DNA of 64,000 nt from the human T2T-CHM13v2.0 reference genome, Homo sapiens. The position numbers and the translations under genes were made by a program. The DNA lies in NCBI RefSeq assembly GCF_009914755.1, contig NC_060940.1; one strand, written 5' to 3'. The notes under the pieces are model-generated. The model did not search any database, was not told where the DNA came from, and saw nothing but the letters and a program-made list of their open reading frames with translations. Below, in pieces: positions 28,201 to 43,400 of the stretch. The first letter of the stretch is position 1; every line of letters starts with the position of its first letter.

Positions 28201-30210
28201 GATTCCATTCAATGATTCCATTTGATTCCAGTGGATGATGATTGCCGTCGATTCCATTCGATCACTCCATTCTGTTCCATTTGATGATGATTACATTCGA
28301 TTCCATTTGATGATTCCATCTGATTCTATTCGAGGATTCCATTTGATTCCATTCGATGATGATTCCATTCGAGTCCATTCGATGATTTCATTCGAGTACA
28401 TCCAATGATTCCATTCGAGTCCATTTGATGATTCCATTTCATTCCATTTGATTATGATTCTACTAGAGTCCATTCAATGACTCCATTCGAGTCCATTCAA
28501 CAGTTCCATCCGAGTCCATTCGATGATTCCATTCGATTCCATTTGATCATTCCATTCGAGTCCATTTAATCATTACAGTCGAGTCCATTTGGTGATTCCA
28601 CTGGATTTCTTTTGATAATGATACCATTCAATTACATTTGATGATGATCCCATTCAATTTCATTTGATGATGATTCCATTAGAGTCCATTCCATGATTTC
28701 ATTCGAGTCCCTTCATTGATTCCATCCGATTTCATTTCATGATGACTCCATTCGAGTCCATTCGATGATTCCACTCGATTCCATTAGATGATTCCATTGG
28801 ATTCCATTTGATTGTTCCATTCGATTCCATTCGATTCCTTTCGAAGATTATTCCATTTGAGTCCATTCGATGATGATTCCATTCCATTCCATTCGATGAT
28901 TCCGTTTGATTCCATTCGATGATTCCCTGCGATTCCTTTCTATGATGATTCCATTCCATTCCATTCAATGATTCCATTCGAATCTATTCCATGATGATTC
29001 CTTTCGATTCCATTCGCTGATGTTTCCGTTCAATTCCATTCGATGATGATTCCATTCGATTCCATTCATTGAGGATTCCATTTGATTCCATTCAATGATG
29101 ATTCCATTCTATTCCATTCAATGATTGCATTCAATTCCATTCAATGATTATGCCATTAGAGTAAATTCAACGATTCCATTCAATACCATTCGATGATGAT
29201 TCCTTTTGAGTCCATTCAATGATTTCATTCAAGTCCATTTGATGATTCCTTTCAATTCCATTCCATGATGATTCCATTCGAGTCCATTCGATGATTCCAT
29301 TCGATTGCATTCGATGATTCCATTATATTCCATTCAACGATGATTCCATTCGAGTCCATTCGATGATTCCATTAGAGTACATTTAATGATTGCTTTGTTT
29401 TCAATTCGAAGATGATTACATTGGATTCCATTCTATGATTCCATTCGATTCCATTCATTGATGATTCCACCCAATTCCATTCGATGATGATTCCATTCGA
29501 TTTCAATGATTCTACTCGATTCCATTCAATGATGATTCAATTCTATTCCGTTTGATGATTCCATTAGATTCCATTCTATGATGATTCCATTCGAGTCCAT
29601 TCGAAGATTTCATTCGATTACATTCCATGACGATTCCATTCGAGTCCATTCGATGATTCCATTTGAATCCATTCGACGATGATTCCATTTGATGCTATTC
29701 GATGATTCCATTGGATTCCATTCGATGATGATTCCATTCGACTTGATTTGATGTTTCTATTTGAGTCCATTCGGTTATTTTATTAGACTACATTCGATGA
29801 TGATTCCATTCGATGCCATTCAATGATTCCATTTGATTCCACTCAATGATGATTGCATTCGTGTCCATTCGATGATTGCATTTGGTTCCATTTGATGATG
29901 ATTCCATTCGAGTCCATTCGATGATACCATTCAATTCCATTCGATGATCATTCCATTCGAATCCATTTGATGATTCCACTCAATTCCATTTGATGACTCC
30001 TTTCATTCCCATTCGATGATTCCCTTCAGTTCCAATTGGATGATCTTTCCATTTGATTCAATATGGTGACTCCATTCTATTATATTCAATGATGATTCCA
30101 TTCGACTCCATTAGATGATGACTTCATTCCATTCCATTCGATTGTGATTTCATTCGATTCCATTCGAAGATGATTCCATTCGAGTCCATTCGATGATTCC
30201 ATTCGATTTC
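25260..30210 (+). repeat. Truncated last copy of the long unit
   Basis: Matches 12,591-17,545 at offset 12,669, then 12,665 after a 4-bp deletion near 29,500 (ORFs 17123/29788). Similarity to the long unit stops at ~30,200. Confidence 0.85.
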
Positions 30211-33200
30211 ATTCAATGATGATTTGATTCGTGTCCATTCGATGATTCCATTTGATTCCACTTGATGATGATTCCATTCGAGTCCATTTGATGATTCCAT
30301 TCAATTCCATTCTCCGATGACTTCTTTTGAGCCCATTCAATGCTTCCACTCGATTCCATATGATGATGACTCCATTCGATGAAATTCGATGATGATTCCA
30401 TTCGCTTGCATTCGATGATGATTCCACTTGAGTCCATTAGAAGATTCTATTCAATTACATTCCATGACGATTCCGTTCGAGTCCATTTGATGATTCCATT
30501 AGACTCCATTCGACGATGATTCCATTCGAGGTTATTCGATGATTCCATTCGATCTCATTCGATGATGATTCCATTCAACTCCATTCGATGTTTCCATTCG
30601 AGTTCATTCTATTATTCCATTAGATTCCATTCGATGATGATTCCATTCGATTCCATTTGATGATTGCATTCTATTTCATTTGATGATGATTCCATTCGAG
30701 TCCACTCGATGATTCCATTCGAGTCCATTTAATGAATATATTGGTTTCAATTCTATGATGATTACATTGGATTACATTCGTTGATGATTTCATTCGGTTC
30801 CATTCAATGATGATTCTATTCAATTCCTTTCAATGTTTCCATTCAATTCCATACGATGATGATTACATTTGATTTGATTCGACAGTGAGCCATTCGATTC
30901 AATTCCATGATGATTCTATTTGATTCAATTGGTTGACATTTCCATTCGATTCCATTCGATGATGATTCCCTTTGATTCAATTCAAAGATGATTCCATTCT
31001 AGCCCATTCAATCATTCCATTCGATTCTATTCAATGATGATTCCATTCATGTCGATTTGGTGATTCCATTTGACTTCATTTGATGATGATTCCTTTCAAG
31101 TTCATTAGATGATTCCATTCGATTCCATTTGATGATGATCCCATTCGAGTCCATTCAGTGATTCCACTCGTTTCCATTCCATGATGATTCCATTCCATTC
31201 CATGCAATGATTCCATTCGATTCCGTTTGATGATGATTTCATTCGAGTCCATTTGATGATTCCATTTGATTCCATTCGATGATGATTCCATTCGAGTCCA
31301 TTTGATGATTCTATTCGAATCCATTTGATGATTTCTTTTGATTATAGTTGGTGATGATTCCATTGGAGTCCATTCAATGATTCCATTCGATTCCAATCGA
31401 TGATGATTCCATTAGAGTCCATTTAATGATTCCATTTGATTCCAGTCTCTGATGATTACATTCGAGTCCATACGATGATTCCACTCAATTCCATATGATG
31501 ATGATTCCATTCGATTCCATTCGATGATTCCATTCTATTCTATTCAATGGTGATTCCATTCGATTCCATTCAATGATGATTCTATTTGTGTCCCTTAGAT
31601 GATTCCACATGATTCCATTAGATGATGATACTATTTGAGCCCATCCAATGATTCCCTTCGATTCCATTCGATGAGGATTCCATTCGATTCAGTTCATTGG
31701 TGATTCTATTCAATTCAATTCTTTGATTCCATTCCATTCCATTCGACAATGATTCCATTCGATTTCTTTCGATGATTCCACTCGATTCCACTTGACATTG
31801 ATTCCCTTCGATTCCATTCAATGATTCCATTTGATTCCAGTGGATGATGATTGCCATCGATTCCATTCGATCACTCTATTCTATTCCATTTGATGATGAT
31901 TACATTCGATTCCATTTGACGATTCCATCTGATTCTATTCGAGGATTCCATTTGATTCCATTCGATGATGATTCCATTCGAGTCCATTCGATGATTTCAT
32001 TCGAGTACATCCAATGATTCCATTTGAGTCCATTTGATGATTCCATTTGATTCCATTTGATAATGATTCTACTAGAGTCCATTCAATGACTCCATTGGAG
32101 TCCATTCAACAATTCCATTCGACTCCATTTGATGATTCCATTCGATTCCATTTGATGATTCCATTCGAGTCCATTTAATCATTACAGTCGAGTCCATTTG
32201 GTGATTCCACTGGATTTCTTTTGATAATGATACCATTCAATTACATTTGATGATGATCCCATTCAATTTCATTTGATGGTGATTCCATTAGAGTCCATTC
32301 GATGATTTCATTCGAGTCCCTTCATTGATTCCATCCGATTTCATTGGATGATGACTCCATTCGAGTCCATTCGATGATTCCACTCGATTCCATTAGATGA
32401 TTCCATTGGAGTCCATTTGATTGTTCCATTCGATTCCATTCGATTTCTTTCGAAGATTATTCCATTTGAGTCCATTCGATGATGATTCCATTCCATTCCA
32501 TTCGATGATTCCGTTTGATTCCATTCGATGATTCCCTTCGATTCCTTTCTTTGATGATTCCATTCCATTCCATTCAATGATTCCATTCGAATCTATTCCA
32601 TGATGATTCCTTTCGATTCCATTCGCTGATGTTTCCTTTCAATTCCATTCGATGATGATTCCATTCGATTCCATTCATTGAGGATTCCATTTGATTCCAT
32701 TCAATGATGATTCCGTTCTATTCCATTCAATGATTGCATTCAATTCCATTCAATGATTATCCCCTTAGAGTAAACTCAACGATTCCATTCAATACCATTC
32801 GATGATGATTCCTTTTGAGTCCATTCAATGATTTCATTCAAGTCCATTTGATGATTCCTTTCAATTCCATTCTATGATGATTCCATTCGAGTCCATTCGA
32901 TGATTCCATTCGATTGCATTCGATGATTCCATTATATTCCAGTCAACGATGATTCCATTCGAGTCCATTCGATGATTCCATTAGAGTACATTTAATGATT
33001 GCTTTGTTTTCAATTCGAAGATGATTACATTGGATTCCATTCTATGATACCATTCGATTCCATTCAATGATGATTCCACTCAAATCCATTGGATGATTCC
33101 ATTCGTGTCCATTCGGTGATTTCATTAGATTCCATTCGAGGATGATTCCATTCGATTCCATTCGATGATTCCATTCGATTCCATTCGGTGATGATTCCAT

Positions 33201-35003
33201 TCCAGTCCATATGATCATTCCATTTGATTTCATTCGATGATGATTCCATTCGATTCCATTCGATGATTCCATTCTATTCCATTCGATGATGATTCCATTC
33301 GAGTCCATTCGATGATTCCATTCGAGTCCATTTAATGATTCCATTGGGTTCAATTCAATGATGATTACATTGGATTCCGTTCTATGATTCCATTCAATTC
33401 CGTTCATTGACAATTTGATTCCATTCGATGATGATTCCATTTGAGTTCATTCGATGATTCTATTCGATTCTCTTCGATGGTGATTCAATTCTATTATATT
33501 GGATGATTCCATTCGATTCCATTTGATGTTGATTCAATTCGATTCTATTCGATGATGATTCCATTGGATTTCACTTGATGATTCTATTCGATTCCATTCA
33601 ATGATGATTCACTTCTCGTCCATTGGATGATTCCATTTCATTCCATTCGATGATGATTCCATTCGATTCCATTCGATGATTCCATTTGATTCCATGCGTT
33701 GGTGAGCAATTCGATTCAATTCCATGATGATTCTATTTGATTCAATTAGATGATGTTTCCATTCGAATCCATTCCATGATTATTCCACTGGAATCCATTC
33801 GGCGATGATTCCATATGAGTCAATTCAATGATGATTCCATATGGGTCCGTTCGATGATAATTCCATTTGATTTCATTCGGTGCTTCTATTCAATTCCAGT
33901 CGATGATGATTCCGTTGGAGTCCATACGATGATTCCATTTGATTTCATTTGATGATGATTCCATTCGATGATGATTACATTGGATTCCATTCTATGATTC
34001 CATTCAATTCCATTCGTTGATGATTCGATTCCATTCAATGATGATTCCATTTGAGTTCGTTCGATGATTCTATTCGATTCCGTTCGATGGTGATTCAATT
34101 CTCTTATATTGGATGAATCCACTCGATTCCATTTGATGATTATTCCATTGGAGTCCACTTAGTGAATCCTTCAGATTCTACTCGAAGATGATTCCATTCG
34201 AGTCCATTCGATGATACCATTCAATTCCATTCGTTGATGCTTCCATTCAAGTGCATTCGATGATATCATTCGATTCCATTTGATGATAATTCCATTTGAT
34301 TCCATGCGATGATTCTATTCGATTCCATTCAATGATAATTCCATTCAGTTCAGTGATTCCTCTGGACTCCATTTGATGATGATTCCATTCAATGATTCCA
34401 TTCGATTCTATTCGAAAATGATTCCATTTGAATCCATTTGATGATGATTCCATTAGATTCCATTTGATGATTCCATTCGATTCCATGCGACGATGATTCC
34501 ATTCGATTCCGTTTGATGATTCCATTCTATTCTATTCGATGATGATTCCATTCGATTCCATTCGATGATGATTGGATTCGATTCCATTTGATGATTTCAT
34601 TTGATTCCATTCGTTAATGATTTCGATCAATTCCATTCGATGATTCCATTCGATTCCATTCGATAATGATTACATCCGTGTCCATTCGATGATTCCATTT
34701 GAGCCTGTTCGATAATTCCATTTGAGTCCAACCAATGATTCCATTCATTTCCATTCAATGATTCCATTCGAGTCCATTTGATCATTCCGGTAGGGTCCAT
34801 TCGATGTTGATTCCATTGGAGTGCATTCGATGATTCCATTCGAGTCCATTTTAGGATTTGATTCGAGTCCTTTCGATGATTCCATTCGATTCCACTCGAT
34901 GATGATTTCATTCGAGTCCATTCGACACTTCCAATCGATTCCATTTGATGTTTCCATTCGAGTCCAATTGATGATTCCATTCAATTCCATTCGATGATGA
35001 TTC
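30210..35003 (+). repeat. 5'-truncated 6.1-kb-type unit following the long-unit block
   Basis: Begins at GATGATTTGATTCGTGTCC (~30,218) and runs colinear with the short unit to CGTACG at 35,004. It has a private 23-bp deletion near 31,560. Confidence 0.82.
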
Positions 35004-38000
35004 CGTACGATTCCATTCTGTGATGATTCCATGTGATTGCATTCAATGATGATTCCTTTCGATTGCATTCGATTGTGATTCATTTCGTCTTCATTCTATG
35101 GTTCCACAGGTTTCCATTCGTGTCCATTCCATTATTCCATTCTATTCCATTTGATGATGATTCCATTCGATTCCATTCATTGGTGATTCCACTCAATTCC
35201 ATTCAATGATTCCATTCCATTTCTTTCAACAATGATTCCATTAGTTTCTAATCGATGATCCACTTGATTCCATTTGACGACGATTCCATTCTTGTCCATT
35301 CGATGATTCCATTTGATTCCATATGATGATGATTCCATTCGATTCCATACGATGAGGATTCCATTCGAGTCCATTCAATGGTGATTCCATTCAATTCCAT
35401 TCGATGATTCCTTTCGATTCCATTCGATGATGATGGCATTCGATTCCTTTCAATCATTCCCTTTGATTCCATTCAAAGGTGATTTCATTCAAGTCCATTC
35501 GATAATTGCATTCGATTCCATTCTATGATGATTCCATTCGAGTCCATTTGATGATTCCATTCAATTCAAGTCAATGATGATTCCATTCGATTCCATTCGA
35601 TGATTCCATTGGATTCCATTCGATGATGATTCCATTCAAATCCATTCGATAATTCAATTCAAGTCCATTCGATGATGATTAAAATCGAATCCATTCAAAG
35701 ATTCCATTCAGTTCCATTCGATGATTCCCTTAGATTCCATTCAATGATTCCACTTGATTTCATTTACGATGATTCCATTCGATTCCATGTGATGATTCCA
35801 TTCAATTCTATTCAATGCTGTTTCCATTTGATTCCATTCGACCATGATTGCCTTTGATTCCATTCAATGACTCCATTCGATTCCTTTTGATGATGATTCC
35901 GTTCGATTCCATTTCATTATTCCATTTGATTCCATTGGATGAGTCCATTCGATTACATTCGATGATTATTCCATTCGAGTGCATTAGATGATTCCATTCG
36001 AGTCCATTCGATGATTCCATTCGATTCCATTCGATGTTGATTCTGTTCAAATCCATTCGATGATTCCACTCGATTCCATTCGATGACTCCAGTTGTTCCC
36101 ATTCGATGATTTCCTTTGATTCCCTTTGATGATCATTCCATTTGATTCAATTCGGTGATTTCATTTGATTCCATTCAGTGATGTTTCCATTCGACTCCAT
36201 TCGATGATGATTCCATTCGACTCCATTCGATTATGATTTCATTCAATTCCATTCGATAATTATTCCCTTCGAGTCCATTCGATGATTCCATTCGATTCCA
36301 TTCAACGATGATTTGATTCGTGTCCATTCGATGATTCCATTTGATTCCACTTGTTGATGATTCCATTCGAGTCCATTTGATGATTCCATTCAATTCCATT
36401 CTCCGATGATTTCTTTTGAGACCATTCAATGCTTCCACTCGATTCCATATGATGATGACTCCATTCGATGAAATTCGATGATGATTCCCTTTGATTCCAT
36501 TCAAAGATGATTCCATTCTAGCCCATTCAATCATTCCATTCGATTCTATTCAATGATGATTCCATTCATGTCGATTTGGTGATTCCATTTGACTTCATTT
36601 GATGATGATTCCTTTCAAGTTCATTAGATGATTCCATTCGATTCCATTTGATGATGATCCCATTCGAGTCCATTCAGTGATTCCACTCGTTTCCATTCCA
36701 TGATGATTCCATTCCATTCCATTCAATGATTCCATTCGATTCCGTTTGATGATGATTTCATTCGAGTCCATTTGATGATTCCATTTGATTCCATTCGATG
36801 ATGATTCCATTCGAGTCCATTCGATGATTCTATTCGAATCCATTTGATGATTTCTTTTGATTATAGTTGGTGATGATTCCATTGGAGTCCATTCAATGAT
36901 TCCATTCGATTCCAATCGATGGTGATTCCATTAGAGTCCATTTAATGATTCCATTTGATTCCAGTCTCTGATGATTACATTCGAGTCCATACGATGATTC
37001 CACTCAATTCCATATGATGATGATTCCATTCGATTCCATTCGATGATTCCATTCTATTCTATTCAATGGTGATTCCATTCGAGTAAATTAGATGATTCCA
37101 TTCGATTCCATTCAATGATGATTCTATTTGTGTCCCTTAGATGATTCCACATGATTCCATTAGATGATGATACTATTTGAGCCCATCCAATGATTCCCTT
37201 CGATTCCATTCGATGAGGATTCCATTCGATTCAATTCATTGGTGATTCTATTCAATTCAATTCTTTGATTCCATTCCATTCCATTCGACAATGATTCCAT
37301 TCGATTTCTTTCGATGATTCCACTCGATTCCACTTGACATTGATTCCCTTCGATTCCATTCAATGATTCCATTTGATTCCAGTGGATGATGATTGCCATC
37401 GATTCCATTCGATCACTCCATTCTATTCCATTTGATGATGATTACATTCGATTCCATTTGACGATTCCATCTGATTCTATTCGAGGATTCCATTTGATTC
37501 CATTCGATGATGATTCCATTCGAGTCCATTCGATGATTTCATTCGAGTACATCCAATGATTCCATTCGAGTCCATTTGATGATTCCATTTGATTCCATTT
37601 GATTATGATTCTACTAGAGTCCATTCAATGACTCCATTCGAGTCCATTCAACAATTCCATTCGACTCCATTCGATGATTCCATTCGATTCCATTTGATGA
37701 TTCCATTCGAGTCCATTTAATCATTACAGTCGAGTCCATTTGGTGATTCCGCTGGATTTCCTTTGATAATGATACCATTCAATTACATTTGATGATGATC
37801 CCATTCAATTTCATTTGATGATGATTCCATTAGAGTCCATTCGATGATTTTATTCGAGTCCCTTCATTGATTCCATCCGATTTCATTGGATGATGACTCC
37901 ATTCGAGTCCATTCGATGATTCCACTCGATTCCATTAGATGATTCCATTGGAGTCCATTTGATTGTTCCATTCGATTCCATTCGATTCCTTTCGAAGATT

Positions 38001-40486
38001 ATTCCATTTGAGTCCATTCGATGATGATTCCATTCGATGATTCCGTTTGATTCCATTCGATGATTCCCTTCGATTCCTTTCTTTGATGATTCCATTCCAT
38101 TCCATTCAATGATTCCATTTGAATCTATTCCATGATGATTCCTTTCGATTCCATTCGCTGATGTTTCCGTTCAATTCCATTCGATGATGATTCCATTCGA
38201 TTCCATTCATTGAGGATTCCATTTGATTCCATTCAATGATGATTCCATTCTATTCCATTCAATGATTGCATTCAATTCCATTCAATGATTATCCCATTAG
38301 AGTAAACTCAACGATTCCATTCAATACCATTCGATGATGATTCCTTTTGAGTCCATTCAATGATTTCATTCAAGTCCATTTGATGATTCCTTTCAATTCC
38401 ATTCTATGATGATTCCATTCGAGTCCATTCGATGATTCCATTCGATTGCATTCGATGATTCCATTATATTCCATTCAACGAAGATTCCATTCGAGTCCAT
38501 TCGATGATTCCATTAGAGTACATTTAATGATTGCTTTGTTTTCAATTCGAAGGTGATTACATTCGATTCCATTCTATGATACCATTCGATTCCATTCAAT
38601 GATGACTCCACTCAAATCCATTGGATGATTCCATTCGTGTCCATTCGGTGATTTCATTAGATTCCATTCGAGGATGATTCCATTCGATTCCATTCGATGA
38701 TTCCATTCAATTCCATTCGATGATGATTCCATTCGAGTCCATATGATCATTCCATTTGATTTCATTCGATGATGATTCTATTCGATTCCATTCGACGATT
38801 CCATTCTATTCCATTCGATGATGATTCCATTCGAGTCCATTCGATGATTCCATTCGAGTCCATTTAATGATTCCATTGGGTTCAATTCAATGATGATTAC
38901 ATTGGATTCCGTTCTATGATTCCATTCAATTCCGTTCATTGACAATTTGATTCCATTCGATGATGATTCCATTTGAGTTCATTCGATGATTCTATTCGAT
39001 TCTCTTCGATGGTGATTCAATTCTATTATATTGGATGATTCCATTCGATTCCATTTGATGTTGATTCAATTCGATTCTATTCGATGATGATTCCATTGGA
39101 TTTCACTTGATGATTCTATTCGATTCCATTCAATGATGATTCACTTCTCGTCCATTGGATGATTCCATTTCATTCCATTCGATGATGATTCCATTCGATT
39201 CCATTCGATGATTCCATTTGATTCCATGCGACGGTGAGCAATTCGATTCAATTCCATGATGATTCTATTTGATTCAATTAGATGATGTTTCCATTCGAAT
39301 CCATTCCATGATTATTCCATTGGAATCCATTCGGCGATGATTCCATATGAGTCAATTCAATGATGATTCCATATGGGTCCGTTCGATGATAATTCCATTT
39401 GATTTCATTCGATGCTTCTATTCAATTCCAGTCGATGATGATTCCGTTGGAGTCCATACGATGATTCCATTTGATTTCATTTCATGATGATTCCATTCGA
39501 TGACGATTACATTGGATTCCATTCTATGATTCCATTCAATTCCATTCGTTGATGATTCGATTCCATTCAATGATGATTCCATTTGAGTTCATTCGGTGAT
39601 TCTATTCGATTCCATTCTATGGTGATTCAATTCTCTTATATTGGATGATTCGACTCGATTCCATTTGATGATTATTCCATTGGAGTCCACTTAGTGAATC
39701 CTTTAGATTCTACTCGAAGATGATTCCATTCGAGTCCATTCGATGATACCATTCAATTCCATTCGTTGATGCTTCCATTCAAGTGCATTCGATGATATCA
39801 TTCGATTCCATTTGAGGATAATTCCATTTGATTCCATGCGATGATTCTATTCGATTCCATTCAATGATAATTCCATTCAATTCAGTGATTCCTCTGGACT
39901 CCATTTGATGATGATTCCATTCAATGATTCCATTCGATTCTATTCGAAAATGATTACATTTGAATCCATTTGATGACGATTCCATTCCATTCCATTTGAT
40001 GATTCCATACTATTCTATTCGATGATGATTCCATTCGATTCCATTCGATGATGATTGGATTCGATTCCATTTGATGATTTCATTTGATTCCATTCGTTAA
40101 TGATTTCGATCAATTCCATTCGATGATTCCATTCGATTCCATTCGATAATGATTACATCCGAGTCCATTCGATGATTCCATTTGAGCCTGTTCGATAATT
40201 CCATTTGAGTCCAACCAATGATTCCATTCATTTCCATTCAATGATTCCACTCGAGTCCATTTGATCATTCCGGTAGGGTCCATTCGATGTTGATTCCATT
40301 GGAGTGCATTCGATGATTCCATTCGAGTCCATTTTAGGATTTGATTCGAGTCCTTTCGATGATTCCATTCGATTCCACTCGATGATGATTTCATTCGAGT
40401 CCATTCGACACTTCCAATCGATTCCATTTGATGATTCCATTCGAGTCCAATTGATGATTCCATTCAATTCCATTCGATGATGATTC
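35004..40486 (+). repeat. 5,483-bp deletion-variant unit (lacks ~570 bp at ~36,485, 10 bp at ~38,030 and 49 bp at ~39,990)
   Basis: CGTACG at 35,004 and 40,487. ORFs 35177/40660 differ by 5,483. Confidence 0.88.
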
Positions 40487-43400
40487 CGTACGATTCCATT
40501 CTGTGATGATTCCATGTGATTGCATTCAATGATGATTCCTTTCGATTGCATTCGATTATGATTCATTTCGTGTTCATTCTATGGTTCCACAGGTTTCCAT
40601 TCGTGTCCATTCCATTATTCCATTCTATTCCATTTGATGATGATTCCATTCGATTCCATTCATTGGTGATTCCACTCAATTCCATTCAATGATTCCATTC
40701 CATTTCTTTCAACAATGATTCCATTACTTTCTAATCGATGATCCACTTGATTCCATTTGACGACGATTCCATTCTTGTCCATTCGATGATTCCATTTGAT
40801 TCCATATGATGATGATTCCATTCGATTCCATACCATGATGATTCCATTCGAGTCCATTCAATGGTGATTCCATTCAATTCCATTCGATGATTCCTTTCGA
40901 TTCCATTCGATGATGATGGCATTCGATTCCTTTCAATCATTCCCTTTGATTCCATTCAAAGGTGATTTCATTCAAGTCCATTCGATAATTGCATTCGATT
41001 CCATTCTATGATGATTCCATTCGAGTCCATTTGATGATTCCATTCAATTCAAGTCAATGATGATTCCATTCGATTCCATTCGATGATTCCATTGGATTCC
41101 ATTCGATGATGATTCCATTCAAATCCTTTCGATAATTCAATTCAAGTCCATTCGATGACGATTCCAATCGAATCCATTCAAAGATTCCATTCAGTTCCAT
41201 TCGATGATTCCCTTAGATTCCATTCGATGATTCCACTTGATTGCATTTACGATGATTCCATTCGATTCCATGTGATGATTCCATTCAATTCTATTCAATG
41301 ATGTCTCCATTTGATTCCATTCGACCATGATTGCCTTTGATTCCATTCAATGATTCCATTCGATTCCGTTTGATGATGATTCCGTTCGATTCCATTTGAT
41401 GATTCCATTTGATTCCATTGGATGGGTCCATTCGATTACATTCGATGATTATTCCATTCGAGTGCATTAGATGATTCCATTCGAGTCCATTCGATGATTC
41501 CATTCGATTCCATTCGATGTTGATTCTGTTCAAATCCATTCGATGATTCCACTCGATTCCATTCGTTGACTCCATTTGATCCCATTCGATGATTTCCTTT
41601 GATGATCATTCCATTTGATTCAATTCGGTGATTTCATTTGATTCCATTCAGTGATGTTTCCATTCGACTCCATTCGATGATGATTCCATTCGACTCCATT
41701 CGATTATGATTTCATTCAATTCCATTCGATAATGATTCCCTGCGAGTCTGTTCGATGATTCCATTCGATTCCATTCAACGATGATTTGATTCGTGTCCAT
41801 TCGATGATTCCATTTGATTCCACTTGATGATGATTCCATTCGAGCCCATTTGATGATTCCATTCAATTCCATACTCCGATGATTTCTTTTGAGCCCACTC
41901 AATGCGTCCACTCGATTCCATATGATGATGACTCCATTCGATGAAATTCGATGATGATTCCATTCGCTTGCTTTCGATGATGATTCCACTTGAGTCCGTT
42001 AGAAGATTCTATTCAATTACATTCCATGACGATTCCGTTCGAGTCCATTTGATGATTCCATTAGACTCCATTCGACGATGATTCCATTCGATGTTATTCG
42101 ATGATGATTCCATTCAACTCCATTCGATGTTTCCATTCGAGTTCATTCTATTATTCCATTAGATTCCATTCGATGATGATTCCATTCGATTCCATTTGAT
42201 GATTGCATTCTATTTCATTTGATGATGATTCCATTCGAGTCCATTCGATGATTCCATTCGAGTCCATTTAATGAATCCATTGGTTTCAATTCTATGATGA
42301 TTACATTGGATTCCATTCGTTGATGATTTCATTCGATTCCATTCAATGATGATTCCATTCAATTCCATTCAATGATTCCACTCAATTCCATACGATGATG
42401 ATTCCATTTGATTTGATTCGACAGTGAGCCATTCGATTCAATTCCATGATGATTCTATTTTATTCAATTGGTTGACATTTCCATTCGATTCCATTCGATG
42501 ATGATTCCATTTGATTCCATTCAAAGATGATTCCATTCTAGCCCATTCAATCATTCCATTCGATTCTATTCAATGATGATTCCATTCATGTCGATTTGGT
42601 GATTCCATTTGACTTCATTTGATGATGATTCCTTTCAAGTTCATTAGATGATTCTATTCGATTCCATTTGATGATGATCCCATTCGAGTCTATTCAGTGA
42701 TTCCACTCGTTTCCATTCCATGATGATTCCATTCCATTCCATTCAATGATTCCATTCGATTCCGTTTGATGATGATTTCATTCGAGTCCATTTGATGATT
42801 CCATTTGATTCCATTTGATGATGAATACATTCGAGTCCATACGATGATTCCACTCAATTCCATATGATGATGATTCCATTCGATTCCATTCGATGATTCC
42901 AGTCTATTCTATTCAATGGTGATTCCATTCGAGTACATTAGATGATTCCATTCGATTCCATTCAATGATGATTCTATTTGTGTCCCTTAGATGGTTCCAC
43001 ATGATTCCATTTCATGATGATACTATTTGAGCCCATCCAATGATTCCCTTCGATTCCATTCGATGAGGATTCCATTCGATTCAATTCATTGGTGATTCTA
43101 TTCAATTCAATTCTTTGATTCCATTCCATTCCATTCGACAATGATTCCATTCGATTTCTTTCGATGATTCCACTCGATTCCACTTGACATTGATTCCATT
43201 CGATTCCATTCAATGATTCCGTTTGATTCCAGTGGATGATGATTGCCATCGATTCCATTCGATCACTCCATTCTATTCCATTTGATGATGATTACATTCG
43301 ATTCCATTTGATGATTCCATCTGATTCTATTCGAGGATTCCATTTGATTCCATTCGATGATGATTCCATTCGAGTCCATTCGATGATTTCATTCGAGTAC

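Noticed and set aside
5095-30210. Long-unit block as a mobile element, or hidden Alu/L1 insertions or inversions
   Set aside because: The block is entirely satellite-derived, with no terminal repeats, poly(A) tail or coding capacity. I saw no non-satellite sequence and no switch to the GAATG strand anywhere in the window.
35672-35857. The only plus-strand ORF (61 aa, duplicated at 47,106-47,291)
   Set aside because: A chance stop-free stretch of satellite in one unit variant. Its recurrence simply reflects the 11,434-bp duplication.
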